From: a candidate division FCPU426 bacterium
GTDB lineage: Bacteria; Oederibacteriota; Muellerivitia; Muellerivitales; Muellerivitaceae
Reading direction: 5' to 3'
Length of the DNA stretch: 64,000 bases
Assembly: GCA_963796105.1 (NCBI GenBank)
Contig: CAWCKJ010000012.1
Span: 128,001-192,000 of the forward strand
Below, in pieces: positions 10,125 through 20,795 of the stretch (position 1 is the first letter of the stretch; each line of letters starts with the position of its first letter). A program made the position numbers and the translations under genes. The notes under the pieces are model-generated. The model saw nothing but the letters and a program-made list of their open reading frames with translations, was not told the DNA's origin and made no database searches.

Positions 10125-11768
10125 CCTGAATTTTGCACCGAGTTTACCGATTCCGTGGCCAGATCGGCCTGAATCGGGACCCGACAGTGGCCATTTTCAT
10201 CAGAAGTGAACTTATGTGCAAAGAATTTTTTGCACCAAGCCACTTCTAGGCCGCCCTGGGTCTTTCCAATCGTTTTCGATCAAGGTATTTGAGGAAACCC
10301 AATAGGCCCGCTGTCCTATCATCATGGATTGAATACCTCACCACATCCCGATGGCCGTGATACTGGATTCGGGCGGCTACAAAGAGCATCTTCAAACGTG
10401 CGATCCGAAGGGTATGGTCCGGCATGGTGATCTGTTCCTTCTCCTGTGGCTTCTTTCCCGGTCGCTTTTCTTTTCCACAATGGCCCACCATTAGTTTCAT
10501 CCACCTCCAGAGGTTGTAAGCCAGCATCACGATCTGGAAAAAAGCATGGTGGCTTTGGAAACTCTTAGAGGGAATTGCTAATAACCCCTCCCGTTGCGCC
10601 TCACCAATCAGGTTTTCCACATCCGCGCGCAGGTCGTATTCCTCAACCACCCGATGGGGTGCTCCCAGACAGTTGGTCGCGAAGATTCGGTAGACATATC
10701 CTTCCATTTCAGGAAGGCTCAATTGTTTCTCCCGCGCTTTTTCATCCAGCGTCCTCATCGCCACAAACCGGACTGGTTGTTGCCAGCCTATGGGTTGATG
10801 GACACATTCGTTGTATTCGTGTTCTCCATGGCGGTACCAACCCTTTTTCGTGAAAGGCGGGTCATGCCGCTTGTTCCCGAAGATGAAAGAAAACCCTTCT
10901 TTTTCACAGGCTTTCACGCTTTCCCAGCCGATCATTTCACCGTCACCGCGCACCAGAATCGTCCGGACACAGGACGGCAAGAGTCGCCGGAATTGTCTAA
11001 TTTGGCGGGCCACTTCCTCAGAACTAAGGGTGGTTCCGCGTCTTTGGGTTCCGCACAAATATTCCCGGGTTTCCTGGAGAAAACACAGAATGGGCCTCAG
11101 TCCCTTCTTGCCCCGGTGCTTGGGGTTGTATCCTTTTCGGCTTCCCTCGATATTTCCGTAGACCGTTGCGGTGGTGGTATCGATGTTGATCTCCACCTTC
11201 TTGGGGGCATATTTCACCTGTCCCCAAACCTTGGCCCGTAACGCCCCACTCAGATTCAGCAACGATGCCGACTGCCCGATCCCCAGCGACCTCAGGTATC
11301 TCCAAAAAGTTGTCACTACCGGCAACAAGGGAACCCGCAGTAAACCGCACAGCATGACCTCACCCCGCAGGTAGGCAAAATGGCCAAGTCTTTGGAACCC
11401 GATGAAAAGAAGCATTAGGATGCCGCTTACCATCCGGTAGTGGCCCAAATTCGGAAGGCGTTTAGGTGCGGCATAGTGTTTTTTGAATTCCCGCTCAAAA
11501 TCAAGAAGGTCGAACATCTTCGCCAATGCCAACAATCCGCCAAAAGCTGTTAGGCGGTCTTCGCAAATACCTACGGGAGTATTGGCCGTAATCTTGGGCG
11601 CGATTCTCCCGTTTCGATTGGCTTTTTTCTGGACTTGCGGGTTTGATTTCTGAGGCGTATCTTGACGTTTCACCATCTGGGGGACCCTCTTTTAGGATGA
11701 GTTGGCTTCGCAACCCTTATCCTATAATGGTTTCCTAGATGGTTTTTTTATTAGGCGCAAAATTCAGG
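10125..11768 (-). mobile_element. IS1380-family insertion sequence, apparently intact
   Basis: Terminal IRs CCTGAATTTTGCACC / GGCGCAAAATTCAGG (14/15 match); 5-bp target duplication TAATA at 10120-10124 and 11769-11773. Confidence 0.92.
10246..11676 (-). CDS. IS1380-family DDE transposase
   Basis: LTAFGGL, INIDTT..VYG..EG..KGYNP, VRGDG, IFATN and Y..RADVENLIGE motifs. Confidence 0.92.
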   Translation of the reverse strand: MVKRQDTPQKSNPQVQKKANRNGRIAPKITANTPVGICEDRLTAFGGLLALAKMFDLLDFEREFKKHYAAPKRLPNLGHYRMVSGILMLLFIGFQRLGHFAYLRGEVMLCGLLRVPLLPVVTTFWRYLRSLGIGQSASLLNLSGALRAKVWGQVKYAPKKVEINIDTTTATVYGNIEGSRKGYNPKHRGKKGLRPILCFLQETREYLCGTQRRGTTLSSEEVARQIRQFRRLLPSCVRTILVRGDGEMIGWESVKACEKEGFSFIFGNKRHDPPFTKKGWYRHGEHEYNECVHQPIGWQQPVRFVAMRTLDEKAREKQLSLPEMEGYVYRIFATNCLGAPHRVVEEYDLRADVENLIGEAQREGLLAIPSKSFQSHHAFFQIVMLAYNLWRWMKLMVGHCGKEKRPGKKPQEKEQITMPDHTLRIARLKMLFVAARIQYHGHRDVVRYSIHDDRTAGLLGFLKYLDRKRLERPRAA

Positions 11769-12071
11769 TAATACAAAATTACCTAAGTCGCCGTTCGGGC
11801 TTGAAAGACCAATTGTAAAGTTTTTTCTGTTTTAAAAATCGCCCGATAAATTGGAAAGGAATAAATCGGAAAAGGCCCTCCGCTTACAAGAGGTCCCTCC
11901 CGACATGTATTTCACAATGATCCTTATAATCCCTCTTTAAATAGAAATAAGAACCTTTTGTATGCTATTTCCCATAAAAATCTCAATATTTTCAATTGAG
12001 TTAATAATGATCTAGTTTAATGTCCCAATTGCAGGAATTCATCGTTTGGCATGAAATCAAGAAAGAAATGA

Positions 12072-12764
12072 TTACTTTCGGTGGCCATAAGATTGCATAT
12101 TCCCCGAAGGATGAGAATGCGAGGTGAGGCGAGAATGATATGAAACATGTTGATGCTCTCTCCCTGTTATTTTAAACAACGGTGCGGAACTGTCCTCTCC
12201 AGGTTCATTTTCCAAACCCTCAACTCCCTGTCGATATTGATCTCTCCACGCACTCACCTTACTCTGATCAGTCACAATAGTGGCTAAGCCGGTTTCCGTT
12301 TTCAGTCCATAAGTTTCAACGCCTTTGGCGGTTGGGATATATTCAGTTCCTGTAAATCCAGTTTTCATGCCTTTAAAACCTTGTCCTGCTGCGTTTTGGT
12401 AGCTTCCTTTTGCCTTAGCTAGATCTCTCTCAACGCCCCACCCATTCTCATAGCAAGAGCCAAGGACATACTGTGCTTGCGGATCTCCTTGTGCCGCCGA
12501 TTTCTGAAGCCATTTAGCCCCTTCAGATTCATCTTGTTTGACCCCTAGTCCCGACAAATAACAATAGCCCAAATCGTATTGAGCTCTAGCGTTCCCTTTT
12601 TCAGCAGCTATTTTAAAATATTGATAAGCGCCGGAATAATCCGCCATTTTCCGAGCCATTAAGCCTTTCGCCAACCAGTTTGGCGAATCATCAGAAGCAA
12701 AAGAAAACGTAACGTTTCCCAATAGAAACAATCCAAAAATTAACTGCATAAATATATTTTCCAT
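12072..12764 (-). CDS. secreted Sel1-repeat protein
   Basis: Signal peptide; AAEKGNARAQYDLGYCYLSGLGV and AAQGDPQAQYVLGSCYENGWGV. Confidence 0.9.
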   Translation of the reverse strand: MENIFMQLIFGLFLLGNVTFSFASDDSPNWLAKGLMARKMADYSGAYQYFKIAAEKGNARAQYDLGYCYLSGLGVKQDESEGAKWLQKSAAQGDPQAQYVLGSCYENGWGVERDLAKAKGSYQNAAGQGFKGMKTGFTGTEYIPTAKGVETYGLKTETGLATIVTDQSKVSAWRDQYRQGVEGLENEPGEDSSAPLFKITGREHQHVSYHSRLTSHSHPSGNMQSYGHRK

Positions 12765-12938
12765 ATGATTCTCCGGTCACAAATATCAATCGGTTGATAC
12801 GACCTATTTTATATTCTTTCGTTGAATATTTCAAAAGAATTAGGCGTTACTTACCATGAAAATCCCAATAAATTTAACCGCATTAATTTTAGGTTCTAAT
12901 AAAGTCCTTGGAAATAACCATCAATTCTTCAACATCTA

Positions 12939-13979
12939 TTAAACTTTCGAGTCATCCCCTAATACGAGATTCAAGGGAACCACGGCGCCATCGTGGATTT
13001 TACACCGACGGCCCAAAACCACTTCTTTAAGGTGTACTTGGTTCCCTATTTCCACGCCGTCCCAAAGTACGCTTTTTTCGACCGAGCTTCCTTCTCCTAT
13101 GATGCAATTCTTACCCAAAACGGAAAAAGGAAGAACTTTTGCCCCGTCTTGAAGGACACAGCCATCCTCCAATATTGCCGGGCCTTTTAAAACAACCTTT
13201 TTCCCAATTTTCACCTTTTTTCCGAGATAAAGTCCTCCGGTTTTTCTCCTCAATTCTGCAAAAACAGGAAAGGTCCCTTTCAATACATCCCAATGGGTGG
13301 TCAGGTATTTCCTCGGGGTTCCAATGTCCTGCCAATACCCGCTCCACACATATCCGCCAAAACGTTTTTTCGCTTCCAATAGGCCGGGAAAAAGGGCGTG
13401 CTCCGAGGAAAAAGGAACACCCTCTGGGATGAAACTAAAAACTTCCGGTTCAAAAATATAGATCCCCGAATTGATGGTGTTGGTTACGGCTTCCTCCTTG
13501 GAAGGCTTTTCCAAGAACTTAAAGATTTGGCTTTTTTTATCAATAAATACCAATCCATAGGGCGTAGGATCAGGAACCCGGACCAGCCCAATAGAGACGA
13601 TGTTTTTCGCCTTGCGATGAAATGCGATCATTTTTTTCAACGGAATATCCGTCAGGATGTCGCCATTCATCACCACCACCGGGGATCCCTTGACGAATTT
13701 TTCGGCGTTCTTGACAGCTCCCGCCGTACCTAAGGGGCTGTCCTCTAAGGCGTAACGAATTCGGACCCGCAAGCGCTTACCCTTGCTAAATGTGCGCTGG
13801 ATATCGTCCGAACGGTACCCAATGGAAAATACAATGTCATCAATCCCGGCCTTTTTTAAAAATTCAATTTGATAGGTCAAGAAAGGCACGCCGCATAGAG
13901 GCACAATATTTTTGGGCAGATGATCGGTCAGGGGCCTCATGCGAACCCCCTGCCCACCGACAATGATGACAGCCTTCAT
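12939..13979 (-). CDS. NDP-sugar pyrophosphorylase (mannose-1-phosphate guanylyltransferase-like)
   Basis: MKAVIIVGGQGVRMRPLT..PK, PLGTAG, NGD, FLEKP, WQDIGTP and hexapeptide repeats. Confidence 0.9.
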   Translation of the reverse strand: MKAVIIVGGQGVRMRPLTDHLPKNIVPLCGVPFLTYQIEFLKKAGIDDIVFSIGYRSDDIQRTFSKGKRLRVRIRYALEDSPLGTAGAVKNAEKFVKGSPVVVMNGDILTDIPLKKMIAFHRKAKNIVSIGLVRVPDPTPYGLVFIDKKSQIFKFLEKPSKEEAVTNTINSGIYIFEPEVFSFIPEGVPFSSEHALFPGLLEAKKRFGGYVWSGYWQDIGTPRKYLTTHWDVLKGTFPVFAELRRKTGGLYLGKKVKIGKKVVLKGPAILEDGCVLQDGAKVLPFSVLGKNCIIGEGSSVEKSVLWDGVEIGNQVHLKEVVLGRRCKIHDGAVVPLNLVLGDDSKV

Positions 13980-14049
13980 ACAACACTCCGGGTTGAGTTA
14001 GTAATTTAAAGTTAACAATTAGCGGATTTTAATTTCTAACTCCACACTC

Positions 14050-15012
14050 CTAATTTCCAACTTTTTTTCTGTAATATTCGACCGTTTCTTCCAAACCTTT
14101 TATCAAATCGTAATTCGGTTCCCATTTCAGTAATTTTTTTGCTCGAGAGGGGTCTAACACGCTCTTCCTCAAATCCCCAAGCCGAGCCACAGTACGCTTG
14201 GCGGATTTTGGGTATCCCGTTGCTTTGGCCAAAATATCGAAGAGTTCATTGGTGGTGGTTTCAACCCCTGTTCCTATGTTGAAGGCGTCGTTCTTTGGAT
14301 AATCCAGTGCCAACAGATTGGCTCGAGCCAGATCCTTTACATAAACATAATCCCGAATGTTATAACCATCCCCGAAAATTTGAAAGTCCCCGCCATGAAT
14401 CATATTGTGGGTGAAAATAGCCACCACACCTCCCTCCCCCAGCGCGTCCTGACGGGGGCCATAAACATTGGCGTAGCGAAGGGTTACATATTCCAGGCCG
14501 AAATTCTGGGCGAACACATTCAGGTAAAGTTCAACCGAAGTTTTGCTTGCGCCGTAAACTGAGAAAGGCCTGGGCTTGGTTTCCTCCGTAAATGCTCCCT
14601 TCTCGGCTTCCCCATACATGGCCCCCCCCGAGGAGGCAAAAATGATCTTGCAAACCCCCGCCCTTCTACAAAGATCCATTAATAGAACTGATCCCAACAC
14701 GTTTATCTTTACGTCGAAATAGGGATCTTCCATGGAAGCTTTGACTTTGATCTGTGCCGCGTGGTGATTTACCACCTCAATCTTCTCGTCCTGCATGATT
14801 TGCTGGAGTTTTTCATCAAGAATGGATATTTCTTGGAATTTGGCCTTGGGATTGAGGTTTTCCTTTCGTCCCGTGGACAAGTCATCTACAACTATCACTT
14901 GATGCCCCGCCTGAATATAGGCATCCACTACGTGACTTGCTATGAATCCCGCCCCACCAGTTACAAGAATTTTCATGGATTGTCGATCTCCGTTTTTTGA
15001 CTCGAATGACAT
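14050..15012 (-). CDS. NAD-dependent epimerase/dehydratase (UDP-glucose 4-epimerase-like)
   Basis: VTGGAGFIASH, ASSGGAMYG, YGASK and RYANVYGPRQ. Confidence 0.92.
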   Translation of the reverse strand: MSFESKNGDRQSMKILVTGGAGFIASHVVDAYIQAGHQVIVVDDLSTGRKENLNPKAKFQEISILDEKLQQIMQDEKIEVVNHHAAQIKVKASMEDPYFDVKINVLGSVLLMDLCRRAGVCKIIFASSGGAMYGEAEKGAFTEETKPRPFSVYGASKTSVELYLNVFAQNFGLEYVTLRYANVYGPRQDALGEGGVVAIFTHNMIHGGDFQIFGDGYNIRDYVYVKDLARANLLALDYPKNDAFNIGTGVETTTNELFDILAKATGYPKSAKRTVARLGDLRKSVLDPSRAKKLLKWEPNYDLIKGLEETVEYYRKKVGN

Positions 15013-15034
15013 ACTCTGAAGTTAAATGTAGCCT

Positions 15035-16423
15035 TTAATAAGCATGCTCATGTTCAAAGACATCCAGCACGGTACGTAGAATAATTTTAATGTCGAACCA
15101 AAGGTTCCAATTCTCTATGTAAAAGATGTCGTATTTCACTCTCTCATGTAAGGATGTATTTCCCCGAAAACCGTTGACCTGGGCCCATCCCGTGATCCCC
15201 GACTTAACCTGATGCCGCTCGAAATAGCGGGGTATTTCCTTTTCGAACTTTTCCACTAAGCCCGGCACCTCGGGCCTTGGGCCCACCAGGCTCATATTCC
15301 CCACTAAGACATTAAACAGCTGAGGGAGTTCATCCAAGCTTGTTTTGCGCATAATCATCCCGAAAGAAGTCACGCGTGGGTCGTCTTTTGCGGTAAAAGC
15401 CACTGTTTCAGAACCGGCTTTCATGGACCTAAACTTCATAATGCGAAATACCTTTCCATCCCTGCCAACTCTTTTTTGACTGAAAAATACCGGGCCAGGT
15501 GATGAAATTTTCACTCCCAGGGTCAATAAAACTAGGACGGGTGAAAGGAGAGTTAAACTAATCAAGGATAAGAAGAAATCAAACAACCTTTTCACCGCGC
15601 GGTTATGCCAAGCGTTCAAGGGAGCTTCTTTCAACTCAAAAACCGGCATGTCCAAGAGAACATCACTTTCCAAAGGGTTGGTTATCAACCCAAAAAGATC
15701 GGAAACTATTTTGTATTTTAAAGTTGTATCCTGTAGTGACACCAACAGAGGGACCAATTCGGCGTGATACCTGGCCGGCAATGCGAAAATCACTTCTTCG
15801 GGTTGCATTCTTTTAATGATCTGGTGAAATCGAGAAAGATTTCCCACCACCTTAAAATTTTCCACTTGTCCCGAGGTTTTTATTTCCGCGACGACTCCCG
15901 CCACCCGATAACCCAACCCGGGGTTCTGCCGTAGCCTCTGGAGCAAGACATGTGCAGTTTCTCCTGTTCCAACAATCAATACGCGGGTGACCCCGATACC
16001 GCGCCGGCGCATGAGGACTTGTACCCGTCTGATCGCTCCCCGTTCCAACCAAACAAACAGGGTAATAAAGGCCGCTGAAAAAATCACCACGAGCCGGGAG
16101 AAAGCGAAAAACTTGCTTAAAAAAGTCGCGGCCGCGATCAGGACAAAGGCCGCTAAGGCGCCTTGGAGAGTCTTGGAAAATTCGTCCACTCCCGAAATTC
16201 CACGCCGCCTGCGGTAAAGACCTAGGTATTTGAAAACAATCCAATGGGCCAAAATGACGAATAGGATGAAAGAACGGTAGTGCGGATAAACCGTGATGCT
16301 TTCAACCTTGAGCCAACCCGAGAAAAAACGGACCCAGTTGGCCAGAATAAAACAACAGCCAACCACCAGGCCGTCAAGAACAAAGCTGAGGACTGAAAAG
16401 ATGGAAGGAACTCGTAATTTCAC
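15035..16423 (-). CDS. undecaprenyl-phosphate hexose-1-phosphate transferase (WcaJ type)
   Basis: N-terminal TM helices; KRLFD, KFRSM, DDPRVT, SLDELPQL, MSLVGPRPE and GITGWAQVNG. Confidence 0.93.
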   Translation of the reverse strand: MKLRVPSIFSVLSFVLDGLVVGCCFILANWVRFFSGWLKVESITVYPHYRSFILFVILAHWIVFKYLGLYRRRRGISGVDEFSKTLQGALAAFVLIAAATFLSKFFAFSRLVVIFSAAFITLFVWLERGAIRRVQVLMRRRGIGVTRVLIVGTGETAHVLLQRLRQNPGLGYRVAGVVAEIKTSGQVENFKVVGNLSRFHQIIKRMQPEEVIFALPARYHAELVPLLVSLQDTTLKYKIVSDLFGLITNPLESDVLLDMPVFELKEAPLNAWHNRAVKRLFDFFLSLISLTLLSPVLVLLTLGVKISSPGPVFFSQKRVGRDGKVFRIMKFRSMKAGSETVAFTAKDDPRVTSFGMIMRKTSLDELPQLFNVLVGNMSLVGPRPEVPGLVEKFEKEIPRYFERHQVKSGITGWAQVNGFRGNTSLHERVKYDIFYIENWNLWFDIKIILRTVLDVFEHEHAY

Positions 16424-16570
16424 AACTCCTCCGAATTAAATCGCACATTTGGTTATTCGTAGTTACGGTCAGGTACTGAAAATTTGATATAAATCACATA
16501 CAGCTTAAAACCATATTCCCGGTTATTCTAGTCTTGATATCTTTATCGAAGGACCGCCAACTGGGATAAG

Positions 16571-17680
16571 TCAGCTTTCATTTTCCCCAATTCCTTTTAT
16601 TCCTAAAAACCTTCGGATATAAACCTGTGCCTTGAATAAGAAACGGTCCCTGGAAAAGGGCCTGGCTTTTTCCCTGAGTTCCTGAGGATCAAAGGAAAGT
16701 CTTTGAAATTTCTCCATGGCCGTTTCCAGGGACTCTTCGGTTTGTTCGTGAAAAAGAACGCCGGTCACCCCATCTTCAAGGGTGTCTTTCACTCCCCCTT
16801 CGCCATAGGCCACCACTGGACATCCGGAAGCCAGGGCCTCCAGGGGAACAATCCCAAAATCCTCCCGCCCGGGAAACAAGAGCGCCTTGGCACCTGCGTA
16901 AAGCGCGGGGACTTCATCGGAAGAGGCCCAACCCTCGAACTGGACCGTGGGCCCGGCCATAGATCGTAAGCGTTTTTCCTCACTTCCCCTTCCCACAATC
17001 CTCAATGGCCAGCCCCGCTTGGAACACACCCCTATGGCTAATTCGATCTTTTTATAGGGCACCAAGGCGGAAAGAACGAGGAAATAATCCCCTTTCCCCG
17101 TCCTGGCCTTAAACCGGTCAAAATCCAGGGGCGGATGGAGAATTTCGGCTTCACGCCCATAAATACGCTTTATTCGTTCCTGTGTTTCAGAGGAATTAGC
17201 CAGGAATTGGGTTACCCCTTTGTTGGATTCCAAATCCCGAGCCTGAAGGTAAGGACGGAAAAAACGGGCCGCGGTTCTTACCGGCCATGAGGCGGTAGGT
17301 CCAAAATAATCCTCAAACAGGTCCCAGATATATCGCATGGGTGTGTGGCAGTAGCAAAAATGAGGGACTTGCCTGGAATTTCTCACCCACTTGGCACAGG
17401 CGGAACTAGAGGAAACGATCAGGTCGTAACTGGAAATGTCGAATCCCCCCATAAGACCCCAATAAAGGGGTAGGTAATACTGGTATCGGGTTTTTCCGAA
17501 CGGAAATTTCTGAAGCCTGGAAGAAGTGATATGCCGCTTTTGGAAAATTGGGTCCATTTTCGACGAATCGTATACCAGGGTATAAAGGTCGGCGTCGGGA
17601 AAAAGTTCAAGGAAGCAAAGAAGAACATGCTCCCCGCCCCTCATTCCGGTCATCCAATCATGGACGATGGCGATCTTCAA
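16571..17680 (-). CDS. glycosyltransferase family 4 (WbaZ-like mannosyltransferase)
   Basis: HDWMTGMRGGE, YCHTPMRYIWD and EDFGIVPLEA. Confidence 0.9.
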   Translation of the reverse strand: MKIAIVHDWMTGMRGGEHVLLCFLELFPDADLYTLVYDSSKMDPIFQKRHITSSRLQKFPFGKTRYQYYLPLYWGLMGGFDISSYDLIVSSSSACAKWVRNSRQVPHFCYCHTPMRYIWDLFEDYFGPTASWPVRTAARFFRPYLQARDLESNKGVTQFLANSSETQERIKRIYGREAEILHPPLDFDRFKARTGKGDYFLVLSALVPYKKIELAIGVCSKRGWPLRIVGRGSEEKRLRSMAGPTVQFEGWASSDEVPALYAGAKALLFPGREDFGIVPLEALASGCPVVAYGEGGVKDTLEDGVTGVLFHEQTEESLETAMEKFQRLSFDPQELREKARPFSRDRFLFKAQVYIRRFLGIKGIGENES

Positions 17681-17741
17681 CGGCCCTCCCTGAAAATGGA
17701 ACGGTCTTCAAGCGCTCTGGCCCAGAAAAAGGCGCCGAGGG

Positions 17742-18080
17742 TTAAAAAGCGAAGAGGTTTAAAAGGAAAAGTATGATGGCCCCGGCCAGAATCACCAACC
17801 CTGCCGCAAGGGCCAGTTTATACCAATCCCAATTCAGGGAATTCTGGTTTTGGTCGATGGTCGATACGGTCAACCCATCGTTTTGGGACAAGTGGGCGCA
17901 CGCATCACTTGCAAAAGCCTTTTTTTCCCATGTTTCACCCCAACATTGGCGGCAAATACTTTTGTGACAATGGGGACAGGACATAAAATCTTTCGGGTAA
18001 AGGGTCAATGTGGTTGCGCAAATCACGCAACGCTGGGGGTCGTTGATTGAGGCTGAATTTCTTTTCACGCCCTTGGTCAA
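17742..18080 (-). CDS. small Cys-rich zinc-finger protein with C-terminal transmembrane anchor
   Basis: CVIC-x13-CPHC-x4-CRQC..CAH followed by the hydrophobic tail LALAAGLVILAGAIILFLLNLF. Confidence 0.65.
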   Translation of the reverse strand: MTKGVKRNSASINDPQRCVICATTLTLYPKDFMSCPHCHKSICRQCWGETWEKKAFASDACAHLSQNDGLTVSTIDQNQNSLNWDWYKLALAAGLVILAGAIILFLLNLFAF

Positions 18081-18178
18081 AGTTAAAAACCTCCGATTAT
18101 CAAGCTTTCTTTTGAATGGCTTTGAGTTTACCCCGAAAGGGATAGGACTTTAAAGTTATATATTAAGAAAACAGGGCT

Positions 18179-19444
18179 TTAAATGTATTCTTGAGATTCC
18201 AACACTTTGATATTCATAAACCGGCAATAGAGGAGAGACCCCAGGTTCAACATTCTAGACATAATACCCCGATCTCTTGCCACCCGGCCACTCATCATGG
18301 AAAGGATTTCTTCGTCTGTCACCTTTCGTCTTTCCTGAATAACCTTCCGTTTTTTTGCAATCAATCCAAAATGGGTTAAGATCCAAATAAACGACGCCAG
18401 AGTTGAAAATAACCATTGAGGAGAAAAAATAATTCCCTGAATAAATTGGGCCAATAAATCCAACGCCAACCAAGGTGATATTTTCCGAAGTGTACCAGCC
18501 TCATAAAGTAAAAGGAGATTCAACCAACGATTTCGGATTTTATAAAAATCGCTTTTCCAACCTGGAAAGCGGGACATAGTTCCTCCTTCCTCATGGAAAA
18601 CCCTGGCACCCTCGGCCTGGAATACCCCAAAGCCATTTAAACGCAATTTCCAACCCAAAAAAACGTCTTCTTGGTAAATGAAATAATCAGGATCAAATGG
18701 TCCTTCGGGCAAAAGCCTGCGGATATAAGCCATGGCACTTCCATTAGGGTGAAAAAATACTTTTTTGTCGCTGAAAAACCCTTCCATGGGTTCAGCAAGA
18801 AAATTCAAAGTTTGTACCTCTTCGGTGTAAACAATTGCTTTTTTTTGATTTTGCCGGGGTTTGACTTCCCCAGCCACCGCGCCTCCCTTTGGCCACCTAT
18901 TCTTAGCGCTCTCAACCACCTTGGCTATCCAATCCGGGGTAAGCATTGCGTCATTATTTAAAAATACCACCAAATCTCCCTTGGAGCACTTTGCCCCAAG
19001 ATTTGCGGCTAACACAAATCCGAAATTTTCCTGGCATTCCAAGATCCTCACTTGGGGATAATTAGATCGAACAAAGGAAAGGCTGGCATCATCTGAACGG
19101 TTATCAACAAGAATTGTCTCAAGGGGAGGATAAGTTTGGGTTTTCAGTGAGAAAAGGCAATTCCAAAGAAAATCCACTCCGTTGTAGTTGACTATTACTA
19201 CTGAAACCGTTGGATTCTCGGGAAATTTATCCGGAACTTCATTTTTTTCGCGAAGACGGGAGACAAACTCACCCAACAGGAGGGAAGATTTAAGGGACAA
19301 TGTTCCATTGTTTTCTTTCGAATCTTCCCCTGAAATGGAATAACCCGTTGGCCCCTGATCTTCCAATGGGGATGAAGCGTTCAAATAATCGGATATTTCC
19401 TTATCCAATGTTCCTGAACTAAAGGGTAGTGACTTCTTAGGCAT
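18179..19444 (-). CDS. glycosyltransferase family 2 (rhamnosyltransferase-like)
   Basis: VSVVIVNYNG, VDNRSDD, NFGF..AANLG, FLNND and FD..YFIYQED. Confidence 0.9.
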   Translation of the reverse strand: MPKKSLPFSSGTLDKEISDYLNASSPLEDQGPTGYSISGEDSKENNGTLSLKSSLLLGEFVSRLREKNEVPDKFPENPTVSVVIVNYNGVDFLWNCLFSLKTQTYPPLETILVDNRSDDASLSFVRSNYPQVRILECQENFGFVLAANLGAKCSKGDLVVFLNNDAMLTPDWIAKVVESAKNRWPKGGAVAGEVKPRQNQKKAIVYTEEVQTLNFLAEPMEGFFSDKKVFFHPNGSAMAYIRRLLPEGPFDPDYFIYQEDVFLGWKLRLNGFGVFQAEGARVFHEEGGTMSRFPGWKSDFYKIRNRWLNLLLLYEAGTLRKISPWLALDLLAQFIQGIIFSPQWLFSTLASFIWILTHFGLIAKKRKVIQERRKVTDEEILSMMSGRVARDRGIMSRMLNLGSLLYCRFMNIKVLESQEYI

Positions 19445-19488
19445 TTGGCCCCTTCGATTTGGCTATTGAAACTATTTATCATTCATAT

Positions 19489-20661
19489 TTAATTTTCGAA
19501 TTTATTAAAATGAGTTTGACCGATCATTTTTAAGGCTGACAAAGTTTGTTTAGCGGTAGTCTCCATATTGAACAGGAATACTCTTGTTCTAATTTTATCT
19601 AGTAAGACAGAGGTAAAAGCTGGTTCAGACAATACTCTTTCCATTGCATTCGCCCATTTTTCAACGTCTAAAGGTTCAATCAACCAACCCGCATCACCTA
19701 AAATCTCAGGCATCACGGATGTGTTAGAACAAATAATGGGAACTCCGCAGCCTAAGGCTTCCAGTAAAGGCAACCCGAAACCCTCTCTTTGCGAAGGAAA
19801 AAGAAAAGCGGTCGCCCCTGTCAAGAGGGCCGGTTTATCACTCGGGTTTATATTTTCAAGCCATTTCACCTTCCCCTTCATTTGTGGGGAAAGAATTAAC
19901 TGGATGAAATCCTCGCCGACAGAACCTTTCGGGCCCGCTAATACCAATTCATGTGCGCATTGAAATTTTTGTTTGAAAAGAAGGAAAGCATGAACCAATC
20001 TCAGTAGATTTTGCCGGGGTTCCAAGGTCCCCGCAAAAAGGAAATAAGGATGGGTTAAATGGTAACGGGCACGTGTTTCCAGCACTCTGTCAGCAAGAGC
20101 AAGCCCTTGATAAGGTTCTGGTATGCCAAATGGAATCACACGAATCTTTGATTTATCAAGGAGGGGAAAAGTTTTGAGTATTTCCTGACGGTTGTAATCC
20201 GATCCAGTCAATAGAAGATCGGCCTTCTCCGCCTCTTTTTCCAAATCTCGGATGGGAATTTTCGCCTTTATCGCCGTAACCATTTCAGGATGAGTTAAAA
20301 GGGATAAATCGTGCACATATAGAACTTTTTTTCCCTGCTTTTGCGGTATAGGTTGGAAAAAATTAGGTGAAAAATATAAATCCGCGGGTCGTCCTATCAA
20401 TGTGTCAATGGACGGAGTGTTTAAAGTGGTCCAGGTTAGTTTCAGGGCCGCCCAGGGATAATGGGTGACGCTTAACGCCACAAACCGATTTTCCGATACC
20501 CGGGCCCGATCCTCGGCTGTCGGACTGTTCATCCATATATATAGTTTGTCCTCCTCCAGGATATGAGAAATTGCCTCCAGGAGGTAAGTCAAATACCAGC
20601 CCGCGTCTGACCTGGTACCTTGCAAGCAAGTCCCATCGATTCCTATGATCAATTCATTCAC
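19489..20661 (-). CDS. glycosyltransferase family 4
   Basis: VHDL, GTLEPRQN and FPS..EGFGLPLLEA. Confidence 0.9.
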   Translation of the reverse strand: MNELIIGIDGTCLQGTRSDAGWYLTYLLEAISHILEEDKLYIWMNSPTAEDRARVSENRFVALSVTHYPWAALKLTWTTLNTPSIDTLIGRPADLYFSPNFFQPIPQKQGKKVLYVHDLSLLTHPEMVTAIKAKIPIRDLEKEAEKADLLLTGSDYNRQEILKTFPLLDKSKIRVIPFGIPEPYQGLALADRVLETRARYHLTHPYFLFAGTLEPRQNLLRLVHAFLLFKQKFQCAHELVLAGPKGSVGEDFIQLILSPQMKGKVKWLENINPSDKPALLTGATAFLFPSQREGFGLPLLEALGCGVPIICSNTSVMPEILGDAGWLIEPLDVEKWANAMERVLSEPAFTSVLLDKIRTRVFLFNMETTAKQTLSALKMIGQTHFNKFEN

Positions 20662-20795
20662 CTGAATTTTAAAATTTCAGATTAACAAGTAACCGGCACG
20701 CTTTCCGAAACGCAGTTCTAACCGGAGAAGTTATTTTACGATTTCCATTTCGGCTTATGATTAATAAATCTCTCGCGTTTTCCGCAATTGGTCAA

